Sequence record: PZ386976.1
Length of the DNA: 64,000 nt
Direction: 5' to 3' (one strand)
Source: a phage
Numbering within the stretch: the stretch's first letter is position 1; each line of letters opens with the position of its first letter. The position numbers were made by a program, and so were the translations under genes. The notes beneath the pieces were generated by a model. That model was not told the DNA's origin and searched no databases. It was given only the letters and a program-made list of their open reading frames with translations. Below, piece after piece: positions 1 to 10,617 of the stretch.

Positions 1-1602
1 ATGGACTTAAATGCTGTTAAGCAGAAGCGAGTGGAAGATGTTAGGAAAGTCCTAGCTGGAGAGTTGGGGCTTTCTGATGAAGTAAAAGAAATTATCAAAT
101 CATTCGGTAAAGACCCCTCTAAATTCCTTCCAACTCAAATTCTGACTTTATTAAGATACACACCAGACCAAGTTCGCCTTATCTTTAAATTGATGACTGA
201 TAAGAACTATGTAGCCCCTCAGCCGGGTTCTCAAGAGGTCTTTTTAAACACTAATGCTGACTTGGTTCTCTATGGTGGTGCTGCTGGTGCTGGTAAGACT
301 GCTGCATTGTTAATGGACTCTTTAAGATTTATTGAAGACCCCAACTATAATGCTGTGTATTTCCGTCGAAACACAACACAGTTACAAGGTGGTTTATGGC
401 CTGCTGCAAAGAAACTATTTGGTAAGTTTGGTGGGATTCCTCACGAGCAGAAAATGACTATCACATTCCCTTCTGGGGCGACTATCAAGTTTACCTACCT
501 AGAACTTGAAAAGCACGCTGAAGGTCATCAGGGTATTGAATACTCAGCTATTTACTTTGACGAAGGTACACACTTCTCTGCTTCACAGATTTCATACCTA
601 CAAACCCGTCTACGTTCTGGCGCTGAAGGTGATTCATACATGAAGATTTCCATGAACCCAGACAGAGACCACTTTATTTATGACTGGGTAGAACCATTCT
701 TAGATGAAGAAGGTTATCCAGACCCTGAAAAGTGTGGTCGTATTCGTTGGTATGTAATGAATGATGGTGTGATGGTTTCTGATTGGGAGAGAGACAAGAT
801 TCTTGAAATGTTCCCTCTGGAGATTCCTCAAACATACACCTTCATCTCTGGTACGATTGATGATAACCCAATTCTTGACTTCTTAGAACCTAAGTACCGT
901 GGTAAGTTGGAAAACAACACTCCTGTAAACGTTGCAAGACTTCGTTTCGGTAACTGGAAGGCTCGTGCAGAAGGTTCAAACTACTGGCAAAGACAATGGT
1001 GTGAGATTGTTGATTCACTCCCAGAAGATGTGTTTGATGTTAGAGCATGGGACTTAGCAGCAACTTTACCATCTGAGGTTAACCCTAATCCAGACTGGAC
1101 AGCAGGTGTTAAGATGGGTAAATCTAAAAAAGACGGTTGCTATTATATCATTGATGTAGTAAGATTTAGAGATAGACCCTCTGGAGTCGAAACACAAATT
1201 AATTTGACTGCTGAAAGTGACGGTAAGCGAACTGGTATTTTTATCCCTCAAGACCCAGGCGCTGCTGGTAAATCCTACGCAACATCCCTCATCAGGAAAC
1301 TTGCCGAGAAAGGCTATCGTGCAAGAGCTAAACCAACAAATAAAGATAAAGTTACCCGATTTGCGGGGTTTTCTGCTGCTTCTGAAGCTGGACTTGTAAA
1401 AGTCTTGAGAGGTAGTTGGAATGAAGCTTACTTTCAAGAGCTTGAAGGCTTTTGTGGTGACGGCAAAACTAAAGATGACCAAGTGGATGCTACCAGTGAT
1501 GCTTTCAACAGTCTGAACGAAGTTAAATTATTCAAGCCACCATCAATGGGTGCTCACACAGACTTAGTGAGAGGAAACCCATATGAGGGGCTTAGACGTT
1601 GA
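1..1602 (+). CDS. terminase large subunit (N-terminus may be cut by window edge)
   Basis: Walker A-like LYGGAAGAGKT near N-terminus; 533 aa; directly upstream of portal-sized ORF. Confidence 0.65.
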   Translation: MDLNAVKQKRVEDVRKVLAGELGLSDEVKEIIKSFGKDPSKFLPTQILTLLRYTPDQVRLIFKLMTDKNYVAPQPGSQEVFLNTNADLVLYGGAAGAGKTAALLMDSLRFIEDPNYNAVYFRRNTTQLQGGLWPAAKKLFGKFGGIPHEQKMTITFPSGATIKFTYLELEKHAEGHQGIEYSAIYFDEGTHFSASQISYLQTRLRSGAEGDSYMKISMNPDRDHFIYDWVEPFLDEEGYPDPEKCGRIRWYVMNDGVMVSDWERDKILEMFPLEIPQTYTFISGTIDDNPILDFLEPKYRGKLENNTPVNVARLRFGNWKARAEGSNYWQRQWCEIVDSLPEDVFDVRAWDLAATLPSEVNPNPDWTAGVKMGKSKKDGCYYIIDVVRFRDRPSGVETQINLTAESDGKRTGIFIPQDPGAAGKSYATSLIRKLAEKGYRARAKPTNKDKVTRFAGFSAASEAGLVKVLRGSWNEAYFQELEGFCGDGKTKDDQVDATSDAFNSLNEVKLFKPPSMGAHTDLVRGNPYEGLRR

Positions 1603-1609
1603 TAGCTAG

Positions 1610-3085
1610 GTGAGAAGAATGGCAGATATTACAGAAACACAAGAAAGCTTACCACCATTTAGAATGGGTGAAGTAGGTTCTTTGGGTCTGAAGGTTAAGA
1701 ATGGAAGAATCTATGAAGAACCTCGTCAGGCACTAAGGTTCCCTGAAAGTATTAAAACTTTCCAATTAATGATGCGTGACCCTGCTGTAGCAGCATCTGT
1801 AAATATTATTAAGATGTTTGTCAGAAAAGTCAACTGGAGATTTGTACCTCCAAAGGGAAAAGAGCAAGACCCTAAAATGCTTGAAAGAGCAGACTTCTTT
1901 AATTCTTTAATGGATGACATGGAGCATGATTGGGCAGATTTTATTAATTCTGTAATGTCATTCTGCACTTATGGGTTCTGTGTTAATGAGAAAGTTTATA
2001 AGAAGCGACAGGGTAAAAAAGGAAAGTACCAGTCAAAATTTGATGATGGTCTAATTGGATGGGCTAAATTACCAATCAGAAACCAATCAACACTTGATAA
2101 GTGGTATTTTGACGAAGACTTTAGAAAAGTTACTGGTGTTAGACAGAATCTGAGAAATGTTTCACATATTGCTGGAGCAATTAATCTTGGAGAAAGACCA
2201 CTAACAAGAAAACTTCCACGAGCTAAATTCATGCTGTTTAAGTATGACGATGAATATGGAAACCCAGAAGGTCGTTCACCATTACTTAATGCCTATGTAC
2301 CGTGGAAGTATAAAGTTCAGATTGAAGAGTACGAAGCTGTTGGTGTTTCAAGAGACTTGGTAGGTATGCCAAAAATTGGTTTACCACCAGATTATCTGGA
2401 TGAAAATGCAGAACCTGAAAAGAAAGCTTTCGTACAATACTGCAAAACTGTTGTTAACGATATGATTGCTAATGATAGAGCAGGTTTAATCTGGCCTAGA
2501 TATATCGACCCAGATACTAAAGAGGATATTTTCGAGTTCTCATTAGTTTCTAGACAGGGTGCTAAAGCATACGATACAGGTTCTATTATTGACAGATATT
2601 CCAAGCAGATTATGATGGCATTTATGTCAGATGTTCTTGCTATGGGTCAGTCAAAATACGGTTCATTCTCTCTTGCAGATTCTAAGACAAGCTTATTAGC
2701 GATGTCAGTAGATATTCTGCTGAAGCAAATTAAGAACGTAATTAACCGTGACTTAGTTGCACAGACTTATGCTCTTAATATGTGGGACGATGAAGAACAT
2801 GTACAAATTACATATGATGATATCGAAACTCCAGACCTTGAAGCAATTGGTTCTTATATCCAGAAGACTGTTGCAGTAGGTGCTTTGGAAGTTGACAAAG
2901 AGCTATCTAACAAGCTTAGAGAGCATATTGGTCTTCCTCCTGCTGATGAGTCTCAGCCAGTATCTGAAAAGCTTTCTCCAAATAGCCAAAGCCGTTCAGG
3001 AGATGGTTATAAGACCGCTGGAGAAGGTACTGCAAAGACACCTTCAGCGAAAGACCCAAGCACAGCAAATAAGGCAAATAAATAA
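1610..3085 (+). CDS. portal protein (putative)
   Basis: 491 aa ORF immediately after terminase, before protease/scaffold and capsid genes; position-based. Confidence 0.5.
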   Translation: MRRMADITETQESLPPFRMGEVGSLGLKVKNGRIYEEPRQALRFPESIKTFQLMMRDPAVAASVNIIKMFVRKVNWRFVPPKGKEQDPKMLERADFFNSLMDDMEHDWADFINSVMSFCTYGFCVNEKVYKKRQGKKGKYQSKFDDGLIGWAKLPIRNQSTLDKWYFDEDFRKVTGVRQNLRNVSHIAGAINLGERPLTRKLPRAKFMLFKYDDEYGNPEGRSPLLNAYVPWKYKVQIEEYEAVGVSRDLVGMPKIGLPPDYLDENAEPEKKAFVQYCKTVVNDMIANDRAGLIWPRYIDPDTKEDIFEFSLVSRQGAKAYDTGSIIDRYSKQIMMAFMSDVLAMGQSKYGSFSLADSKTSLLAMSVDILLKQIKNVINRDLVAQTYALNMWDDEEHVQITYDDIETPDLEAIGSYIQKTVAVGALEVDKELSNKLREHIGLPPADESQPVSEKLSPNSQSRSGDGYKTAGEGTAKTPSAKDPSTANKANK

Positions 3086-3585
3086 TGGCTGAAGTTATCT
3101 CTATTTCAAATGCTACACGAGTGCATTCGTATAGAGGTGTTCTTATTATCACTGACAAATTATCTGTAGAGGCTGGCTCAAGGGTCAGCCTTTCAGGTTA
3201 TGTAAGTGATGGTGAAACCTCTGACGTTTTCACTATTTGCAGGTTACTTGATGCACCAATGAGTGGAAAACCGTTTATTTCAGGAAATTGTAGTGAAATT
3301 GTTAAAATTCCATTTGACAGTTCATGCCTTTTGGGTGTAAAGTTATATAACTGCGAGAATAAACGTGTCAATGTTAATAGCATTGAAGCCGCTTTCATTA
3401 CCCTCGATACTGCATTTCAATCCCCAATGACAGTTAACAAAGAAACAAACAGACTTGAATACATTTTTTCACAAAATGATTACAAAGTACTTGTCAAAGG
3501 TAAAGTATATGATATGATTGTAAATGTGGTAGATGAATCTGGTAACCATTCAACAGTCCTTAAACAAAAAGTAAGGTTTAATTAA
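3085..3585 (+). CDS. hypothetical protein (head module)
   Basis: 166 aa ORF start-overlapping portal stop; no motif recognised. Confidence 0.3.
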   Translation: MAEVISISNATRVHSYRGVLIITDKLSVEAGSRVSLSGYVSDGETSDVFTICRLLDAPMSGKPFISGNCSEIVKIPFDSSCLLGVKLYNCENKRVNVNSIEAAFITLDTAFQSPMTVNKETNRLEYIFSQNDYKVLVKGKVYDMIVNVVDESGNHSTVLKQKVRFN

Positions 3586-3917
3586 TGGGAACATTAACTA
3601 TTGATGGTAAGAATAAAATCCTCGCCACGCTAACCCCAACGACTATTATTTTACACAATGTAGACCCAACGGCAGACCCTACAGCAAATAAGGTTACTCA
3701 GCCAGTGGCTATTTATTTTTCTGAACCGGATAATGGCTTAATTGCCTCAGAAGACACAGTTAATATTACTGTTCCAGCTTCTGCAACGGTCTCACACTAT
3801 AGCTTGTGGGATGCTAACGATAAATGCGTGGCAACTGGTGCTCTTAGCAAACCTCAATTCTTTGCTGAAGAAGGTATCTATGTTATCTCTTCAGTCTCTG
3901 TAGATTTAAACAAATAG
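3585..3917 (+). CDS. hypothetical protein (head module)
   Basis: 110 aa ORF, translationally coupled (ATG overlaps upstream stop). Confidence 0.3.
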   Translation: MGTLTIDGKNKILATLTPTTIILHNVDPTADPTANKVTQPVAIYFSEPDNGLIASEDTVNITVPASATVSHYSLWDANDKCVATGALSKPQFFAEEGIYVISSVSVDLNK

Positions 3918-3928
3918 GGTGAGTAAAA

Positions 3929-5275
3929 ATGAGTTCGAATATCTTCAGACTTGCTGATAGATTATTCAACCAACCTTTACTAGCCACTGAATCATTAGCT
4001 CACTCAGCAGCAACTTATGTGAATAACAGATTGCTGGGTGATGTCCAAGCAGCAGTAAACTTTGATAAACCCAAAGGTGAAGCAAGAAGTCTTTTAAAAG
4101 TAAAAGATGATATTGCTATTATTCCTATTATGGGTGGCTTAACCCATCGTATGACATTCATTGATGCAATGTGTACAGGTGGTTTAAGCTCTTATGAAGG
4201 TTTACGCAGAGGCTTTGACGAAGCTTTAGCAGATGAGTCAATTAAGACTATTGTTCTGCACATCGATTCTGGTGGTGGTGAAGCTTCAGGTTGCTTTGAA
4301 TTAGCACGTCACATTATGGCTTCAAGAGGCCAAAAGAAAATTATTGCTTATGTAGATGAGTTCGCTTGTTCCGCTGCATACGCTCTTGCATCTTCTGCTG
4401 AAGAAATTATTGCATCACCAGATGCAGATGTTGGTTCTATTGGTGTAATTATGGTTCATCAGGAATTAACTAAGGCATTTGAAAAGAATGGCGTAACAAT
4501 TAACGTCATTAAAGCTGGTGAATTTAAAGGGATGGGTTCACCATTCCAAGCACTCTCAGAAGAAAGCAAAGAAAGACTTCAAAAGAGAATTAATGATACC
4601 TACGCAACCTTTACAGGTTTTGTAGCAGAATCTCGTAATCTCTCTGAAGAAGCTGTAAAGAATACTGAGGCGAATGTTTATTCTGCTCAGGAAGCTCTTG
4701 AACTTGGTTTAATTAACTCAATCATGTCTCAAGATGATTTCTTAAATTACTTACAAGGTTCTGAAGAGGCTCCTGTAAGTTTAAACGTTAACAATTCAGG
4801 TGAAGAAATGACTGAACAAGAAAAGCAAGAACTAGAAGCTTTGCGTCTTCAGGTTGCTCAAATGAAAGCTAAAGAACAGGAAGCTGCTTTGTCAGATTTG
4901 ACTAATAAGATTTCTGCTTCTGCTGAAGCTTTTGGGTTTGATGCAAAAGAAGCTGCAACGACTATTTTAGGTGCTGGTCTTGATAACCCTCTGAGCGTTC
5001 TGTTTATGAATGCTATGGAAGGTGCTAACCAGAAACTTAATGAAACTATCGCGTCCCATGCTTCTGCAATGGAAGAAAAAGAATCAGAAATTACCAAGCT
5101 GAAAGAAACTGCTGGTGTTGTTCTTGAACATTCTAATGCTATGGAAGAAGTGGGTAATGACGGCGAAGCTGATTTGGTTGAAGAAGAAAAAGAACCAGCT
5201 AAAAATGCTTCCGAAGACACCGCTGAACAACGCAAACTGGCTCTCCAGAATGCTCTAAAATCTCTTATCAAATAA
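3929..5275 (+). CDS. prohead protease (S49/ClpP-like) with acidic coiled-coil scaffold-like C-terminus
   Basis: N-terminal region resembles S49 peptidase (GGGEASGCFELARHI...YVDEFACSAAYALASSA); C-terminal ~170 aa E/K/A-rich coiled-coil-like; sits between portal and capsid. Confidence 0.55.
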   Translation: MSSNIFRLADRLFNQPLLATESLAHSAATYVNNRLLGDVQAAVNFDKPKGEARSLLKVKDDIAIIPIMGGLTHRMTFIDAMCTGGLSSYEGLRRGFDEALADESIKTIVLHIDSGGGEASGCFELARHIMASRGQKKIIAYVDEFACSAAYALASSAEEIIASPDADVGSIGVIMVHQELTKAFEKNGVTINVIKAGEFKGMGSPFQALSEESKERLQKRINDTYATFTGFVAESRNLSEEAVKNTEANVYSAQEALELGLINSIMSQDDFLNYLQGSEEAPVSLNVNNSGEEMTEQEKQELEALRLQVAQMKAKEQEAALSDLTNKISASAEAFGFDAKEAATTILGAGLDNPLSVLFMNAMEGANQKLNETIASHASAMEEKESEITKLKETAGVVLEHSNAMEEVGNDGEADLVEEEKEPAKNASEDTAEQRKLALQNALKSLIK

Positions 5276-5286
5276 GGAACACAATA

Positions 5287-5664
5287 ATGGCATATCAAGG
5301 TTTTACTAAGTTAGGTAACAGAGAACCTCTGAATGATATCATTCTTTGGGAACAGATTACCCCAACAGGCCACTCTCGTAAAGAGTACACTCCGGTTGAT
5401 TCAACAGAATACCGTGTAGGTGAAGTTCTGAAAGCAGACGGTACTAAGGTTACAGCAGGGCAAGAAGCTCAGGCTGATTCGGTATGTATCGTTAATTTCT
5501 ACGCAGACCTGCAACTGTCTTACCACGGTCAGTTGAAAGTTGTTGGTATCCACCGTGATGCAGAACTAAAAGACCTGCTAATTCTTGAATCAAGCGTTGA
5601 TGCTGATGAAGTCAAGGAAGCTCTGGCTGCTAAAGGTATTGATTTCGTACCAACTGGCCTGTAA
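5287..5664 (+). CDS. hypothetical head protein (decoration/accessory?)
   Basis: 125 aa ORF between protease/scaffold and capsid gene. Confidence 0.3.
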   Translation: MAYQGFTKLGNREPLNDIILWEQITPTGHSRKEYTPVDSTEYRVGEVLKADGTKVTAGQEAQADSVCIVNFYADLQLSYHGQLKVVGIHRDAELKDLLILESSVDADEVKEALAAKGIDFVPTGL

Positions 5665-5697
5665 TAACAATAATAAGACATTCTGGAGAATTTTACA

Positions 5698-6804
5698 ATG
5701 TTGACTAATTCTGAAAAAAGCAGATTTTTCCTTGCTGACCTGACTGGTGAAGTCCAGTCTATCCCAAATACTTATGGGTATATTTCCAACTTAGGTCTGT
5801 TCCGTTCAGCACCAATCACCCAAACCACTTTCCTTATGGACTTGACTGATTGGGATGTTAGCTTGCTTGATGCGGTAGACCGTGATAGCCGTAAAGCAGA
5901 GACTAGCGCACCTGAGCGTGTTCGTCAAATCAGCTTCCCAATGATGTACTTCAAAGAAGTTGAAAGCATTACTCCTGATGAGATTCAGGGTGTACGTCAG
6001 CCAGGCACTGCAAATGAACTGACTACTGAAGCTGTAGTACGTGCTAAGAAGCTGATGAAGATTCGTACCAAGTTCGATATTACTCGTGAGTTCCTGTTTA
6101 TGCAAGCTCTGAAGGGTAAAGTTGTTGATGCTCGTGGTACTCTGTACGCTGACCTGTACAAGCAGTTCGACGTTGAGAAGAAGACTGTTTACTTCGACCT
6201 TGACAATCCTAATGCTGACATCGACGCTTCTATTGAAGAACTGCGCATGCACATGGAAGACGAAGCTAAGACTGGCACTGTAATCAACGGTGAAGAAATT
6301 CACGTAGTTGTTGACCGTGTATTCTTCAGCAAACTGGTTAAGCATCCTAAGATTCGTGACGCTTATCTTGCACAGCAGACTCCACTGGCTTGGCAACAGA
6401 TTACTGGTTCTCTGAGAACTGGTGGTACTGACGGCGTTCAGGCTCATATGAACACCTTCTACTACGGTGGTGTTAAGTTTGTCCAGTACAACGGTAAGTT
6501 CAAAGACAAGCGTGGTAAGGTTCACACTCTGGTGAGCATTGATAGTGTAGCAGCAACTGTTGGTGTTGGTCATGCCTTCCCTAACGTATCTATGCTGGGC
6601 GAAGCTAACAACATCTTCGAAGTGGCATATGGCCCATGTCCTAAGATGGGTTATGCAAATACACTTGGTCAGGAACTGTACGTATTCGAATACGAAAAAG
6701 ACCGTGACGAAGGTATTGACTTCGAAGCTCACTCTTACATGCTGCCATACTGCACTCGTCCTCAGTTGCTGGTAGATATTCGCGCTGACGCTAAAGCTGA
6801 CTAA
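5698..6804 (+). CDS. major capsid protein (putative)
   Basis: 368 aa ORF following protease/scaffold; strong RBS-like context; position and size. Confidence 0.5.
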   Translation: MLTNSEKSRFFLADLTGEVQSIPNTYGYISNLGLFRSAPITQTTFLMDLTDWDVSLLDAVDRDSRKAETSAPERVRQISFPMMYFKEVESITPDEIQGVRQPGTANELTTEAVVRAKKLMKIRTKFDITREFLFMQALKGKVVDARGTLYADLYKQFDVEKKTVYFDLDNPNADIDASIEELRMHMEDEAKTGTVINGEEIHVVVDRVFFSKLVKHPKIRDAYLAQQTPLAWQQITGSLRTGGTDGVQAHMNTFYYGGVKFVQYNGKFKDKRGKVHTLVSIDSVAATVGVGHAFPNVSMLGEANNIFEVAYGPCPKMGYANTLGQELYVFEYEKDRDEGIDFEAHSYMLPYCTRPQLLVDIRADAKAD

Positions 6805-6825
6805 TATTCTTAAGGAGGGTTATGA

Positions 6826-7275
6826 ATGTGTTATACAGGCGACCCAGCCAATAACCCTCTTGATAGAGTAAGAATCCTCTGCACAGACACCAATAATGAT
6901 GAAATTCTTATTGAACAGTCTGTGCTAGAGTGGTTCTATCTAGAATCTGGAAAGGATGAAAAGAAAGCAGCCATCAAAGCTCTTAAATATTTACTCTTTC
7001 AAGTAGCCAAGATGGGAGATGAGAAGGTTGGTGGTGTTTATTTACGTAACTCTTCCAGATTCAAGTCTCTGAAAGCTGTTTATGATGACCTTGTTAAAAG
7101 CTCTGTTTCAGGACTACCCTATGCAGGTGGTATTAATCAGTGCGATATTGACATGCGTCGTCAGAATCCTTGCTCTGTCAAGAAATACACAGAATATGGT
7201 GATGCTGCCAGATACGAAGGCAGAGATTACTGCAACCGTGTTAATGGCGTATTTATTATCGAGCGAGATGAATAA
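6826..7275 (+). CDS. putative head-tail connector/neck protein
   Basis: 149 aa; position between capsid and tail genes. Confidence 0.3.
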   Translation: MCYTGDPANNPLDRVRILCTDTNNDEILIEQSVLEWFYLESGKDEKKAAIKALKYLLFQVAKMGDEKVGGVYLRNSSRFKSLKAVYDDLVKSSVSGLPYAGGINQCDIDMRRQNPCSVKKYTEYGDAARYEGRDYCNRVNGVFIIERDE

Positions 7276-7757
7276 TGGTTAAAAGGGTTATTCACCCCGC
7301 TAGAGCAAAATTAGTCGGGGCTATGAAGAACTTGCAAACGGCTAATGCTCAAGTTGGGTATTTTCAAGAACAAGGTCAACATAGCTCTGGTTTTTCTTAT
7401 CCTGCTTTAATGTATTTACAAGAAGTTATTGGGGTTCCTTCAGCTTCTGGTAAAGTATATCGTAGGTTGTTTGAAATCACTATGATGCTAAACAAACAGA
7501 CCTTGTTAGAGCAGACTAAGAAGAATCTATATAAGCAACTTAGCAGTCTCGACGTAGACCCTTCAAATACCTTAGAAGCATTTGCAAAGAATGCTCAGAA
7601 GGCAATTAAAAGAGGTTTTGGTAATTCTGCTATCCTCCCTCCTAACGCACCTTCCACAGTCAAGAAAAAAGGCTTTAATGCACCTCTTGTTGAGACAGGT
7701 GACTTAAGGGATAACCTTGCTTATAAAATTTCTACTAAGAAGGGTATTAAAAAATGA
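7275..7757 (+). CDS. putative head completion/neck protein
   Basis: 160 aa; overlapping start/stop with neighbours. Confidence 0.3.
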   Translation: MVKRVIHPARAKLVGAMKNLQTANAQVGYFQEQGQHSSGFSYPALMYLQEVIGVPSASGKVYRRLFEITMMLNKQTLLEQTKKNLYKQLSSLDVDPSNTLEAFAKNAQKAIKRGFGNSAILPPNAPSTVKKKGFNAPLVETGDLRDNLAYKISTKKGIKK

Positions 7758-8155
7758 GACTCTTAAACAGGCACAGCTTTGTAGTAAAGCGTAAAGTCTC
7801 TGAAGACGGTTATTATAATGATGATGGTGATTGGGTAGCTTCGCAAGATATTGTTGAGGTTAACTGCAAAGGTAATATCCAGCCATATATCAAAGGTTCT
7901 GTAAAGAATGGTACACAGATTGCTTTACCGGAAGGTATTAGACTCACCGATACAAGAATCCTGTATACTACATATAAACTTAGAACTTCAGATGATGTGG
8001 AGTGGAATGAGTCTGACATTGTTATGATTGATGGTCATGAGTATGAAGTATTTATGACTATGGCTTGGTCACAACAATTAACCCATACGTCCCATTACGA
8101 ATATATCATTATTAGAAGGGATAAAATGAATGCAGTTAGAAACAGCAGAACTTGA
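7754..8155 (+). CDS. putative neck/tail completion protein
   Basis: 133 aa; position. Confidence 0.3.
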   Translation: MRLLNRHSFVVKRKVSEDGYYNDDGDWVASQDIVEVNCKGNIQPYIKGSVKNGTQIALPEGIRLTDTRILYTTYKLRTSDDVEWNESDIVMIDGHEYEVFMTMAWSQQLTHTSHYEYIIIRRDKMNAVRNSRT

Positions 8156-8729
8156 AAAAGGTCTAGTTAGAACCTTAGTGGATGTTATTGGTCACAGACT
8201 AGCTCGTGATAAAAATAATAGGCCAAACGTAATTAGAGCTTACCCTTCTGATAACTCAAATGACAAAGGTTTAAAACCTGACCAACCATTTATCACCGTA
8301 TACTGTCAAGATGCTGCAACACCTTATGGTTGGGTTCTTGATAAGTTTGTTGAGGATGATGTAGTTTGTTACAGAATTGCTTTTCAGATTCCTGTATTAA
8401 TTACGGTAAATGGTAAAGGTGCTCATAGTATTATGCTTGAGCTTAAACAACGATTAGAGATGAGTTCAGTAAGAGATTTAATCCTTGAAGAAACAGGAGC
8501 TACAGTACTAGACACTGGAGCAATCCCAAACGATTACACTTATCTCAATACAGATTTCGAAAATTCTGCACCTCTTGTTGTAACACTTGTAAAAAACTCA
8601 GTCCTGAAAGATGAACGTGGAAGTATTATTGAGCGCGTCATTACCGATGGTGAGTTGGTTTATGAAGAAGGACAAGAGCCACCAGAATATACTATCCATC
8701 TAGATGTAGACTCCAAAGGGGTAAAATAA
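8130..8729 (+). CDS. putative tail completion/terminator protein
   Basis: 199 aa; immediately upstream of sheath-sized ORF. Confidence 0.3.
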   Translation: MQLETAELEKGLVRTLVDVIGHRLARDKNNRPNVIRAYPSDNSNDKGLKPDQPFITVYCQDAATPYGWVLDKFVEDDVVCYRIAFQIPVLITVNGKGAHSIMLELKQRLEMSSVRDLILEETGATVLDTGAIPNDYTYLNTDFENSAPLVVTLVKNSVLKDERGSIIERVITDGELVYEEGQEPPEYTIHLDVDSKGVK

Positions 8730-10082
8730 ATGTGGAATCCAATTGTTAATGTAGATATTACATTGAACACCGCAGGAACTACAAGAGAAGGTTTTGGCTT
8801 ACCACTATTCTTAGCTTCAACAGATAATTTCGAAGAAAGAGTTCGTGGTTACACTTCCTTAACTGAAGTTGCTGAAGATTTCGATGAGAATACTGCTGCA
8901 TATAAGGCTGCTAAACAACTTTGGAGTCAGACTCCTAAAGTAACTCAGCTTTATATTGGTAGACGCGCTATGCAGTACACTGTATCAATTCCTGATGCCG
9001 TTACCGAAAGTACAGACTACTCAATTACTGTAGCTGCTGGCGGTGGAATTTCTCAACCATTCCAGTATACAGCACAAAGCTCAGATACTGCTGAGGTAGT
9101 TTTGCAACAGTTTAAAACACAGATTGAAGCTGACCCAACAATCAAAGATAAGGTTTCTGTGAATGTAACTGGTAGCAATGGCTCTGCCACAATGATTATT
9201 ACCAAAGCTGGTGATAATGACTTTGTGAAAGTAACAACCACAGCACAGACTGTATATATTGCAAGTACAACTGCCGATACAGCAGCAACTGCTCTGGCAG
9301 CTATCGAAGCTTACTCTACTGACTGGTATTTCATTGCAGCAGAAGACAGAACTCAACAGTTTGTCTTAGCAATGGCTTCTGAGATTCAGGCTCGCAAGAA
9401 AATCTTCTTTACAGCTAACTCCGATGTAACAGCCCTGCAAGGTACAGAATTAGCCAGTGCAAATGATGTTCCAGCACAGCTTGCTAAGAATATGTACACT
9501 CGTACAGTTTGCTTGTGGCATCACGCAGCAGAAGAAGATTACCCAGAGATGGCATACATTGCTTATGGTGCTCCATATGATGCAGGTTCAATTGCTTGGG
9601 GTAATGCTCAGCTAACTGGTGTAGCAGCTTCTCTACAACCATCTAATCAGAGACCTCTGACAAGTATTCAGAAGTCTGCTTTAGATGCACGTCACTGTAA
9701 CTTTATTGACCTTGATGGTGGTGTTCCAGTGGTTCGTAGAGGGGTTACTTCTGGTGGGGAATGGATTGATATCGTCCGTGGTGTTGACTGGTTAGAATCA
9801 GACCTGAAAACTTCTCTGAGAGACTTGCTAATTAATCAGAAGGGTGGTAAGATTACTTATGATGATACTGGTATTACCCGTATTCGTCAAGTCATTGAAA
9901 CCTCTCTGCAAAGAGCAGTCAACAGAAACTTCCTGTCATCTTACACAGTTAATGTTCCTAAAGCCTCTCAAGTTGCTTTGGCAGACAAGAAAGCACGTAT
10001 CCTGAAAGACGTTACCTTCGCAGGTATCTTAGCAGGGGCTATCTTGGATGTTGACTTGAAAGGTACAGTGGCTTACGAATAA
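8730..10082 (+). CDS. tail sheath protein (putative)
   Basis: 450 aa ORF followed by 148 aa tube-sized ORF, chaperone pair and tape measure: myovirus sheath-tube-chaperone-TMP order. Confidence 0.4.
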   Translation: MWNPIVNVDITLNTAGTTREGFGLPLFLASTDNFEERVRGYTSLTEVAEDFDENTAAYKAAKQLWSQTPKVTQLYIGRRAMQYTVSIPDAVTESTDYSITVAAGGGISQPFQYTAQSSDTAEVVLQQFKTQIEADPTIKDKVSVNVTGSNGSATMIITKAGDNDFVKVTTTAQTVYIASTTADTAATALAAIEAYSTDWYFIAAEDRTQQFVLAMASEIQARKKIFFTANSDVTALQGTELASANDVPAQLAKNMYTRTVCLWHHAAEEDYPEMAYIAYGAPYDAGSIAWGNAQLTGVAASLQPSNQRPLTSIQKSALDARHCNFIDLDGGVPVVRRGVTSGGEWIDIVRGVDWLESDLKTSLRDLLINQKGGKITYDDTGITRIRQVIETSLQRAVNRNFLSSYTVNVPKASQVALADKKARILKDVTFAGILAGAILDVDLKGTVAYE

Positions 10083-10097
10083 TAGAGGTAAATTGGA

Positions 10098-10544
10098 ATG
10101 GCTATGTATCAGCAATATTCCCCTAAAGACGTTGTATGTAGCTGGAATGGTATTGCCATTGAAGGCTTTGCCCCAGACTCATTCTTGCGTCTACAGAGAA
10201 CATCACCACTTGTGACACCAGTTGTTGGTGCAGGTGGTCAGGTTGCTCTGACAAGAAATGCAGACAAGACAGGTACTATTGAGATTGAGTTAATGCAGAC
10301 TTCTCTCTCTAATCAGATGCTTTCTGCAATTCAAGCTAAACAAGACAATATGGAACTTGAAGAAGATATCTCTTCTAACTTCGTAATCTACGACCCATCA
10401 GGCTCTGTTCTGGCAACTGGTATTAATGCTTGGTTGCAGGAATTACCGCAGATTGAACTTGGTCGTGACCAGAACTCTAAAACTTGGATTTTTGGTTGTG
10501 AGAAGCTAGACTACACTTCTACAATTCCAGCGTCAAGTGTTTAA
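10098..10544 (+). CDS. tail tube protein (putative)
   Basis: 148 aa ORF after sheath candidate, followed by terminator hairpin. Confidence 0.4.
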   Translation: MAMYQQYSPKDVVCSWNGIAIEGFAPDSFLRLQRTSPLVTPVVGAGGQVALTRNADKTGTIEIELMQTSLSNQMLSAIQAKQDNMELEEDISSNFVIYDPSGSVLATGINAWLQELPQIELGRDQNSKTWIFGCEKLDYTSTIPASSV

Positions 10545-10555
10545 TAAATCCTATA

Positions 10556-10589
10556 AGGGGGAGACTTTAAAAGGTCTTCCCCTTTTTTG
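10556..10589 (+). terminator. rho-independent terminator after tube gene
   Basis: gggggagac / gtcttcccc stem (one mismatch) with loop tttaaaag followed by T-run. Confidence 0.5.
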
Positions 10590-10617
10590 TTTCTTTTAAA
10601 AGTATTAAGGAATCACA

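Noticed and set aside
1066-1482. 138 aa antisense ORF and 60 aa sense-frame ORF (1217..1399) within the terminase gene
   Set aside because: Nested within a well-supported CDS; no independent evidence.
5806-6732. 308 aa antisense ORF lying entirely inside the major capsid gene
   Set aside because: Fully nested opposite a gene with strong structural context; low-complexity L/V/N/S-rich translation with no motifs. Treated as a chance ORF.
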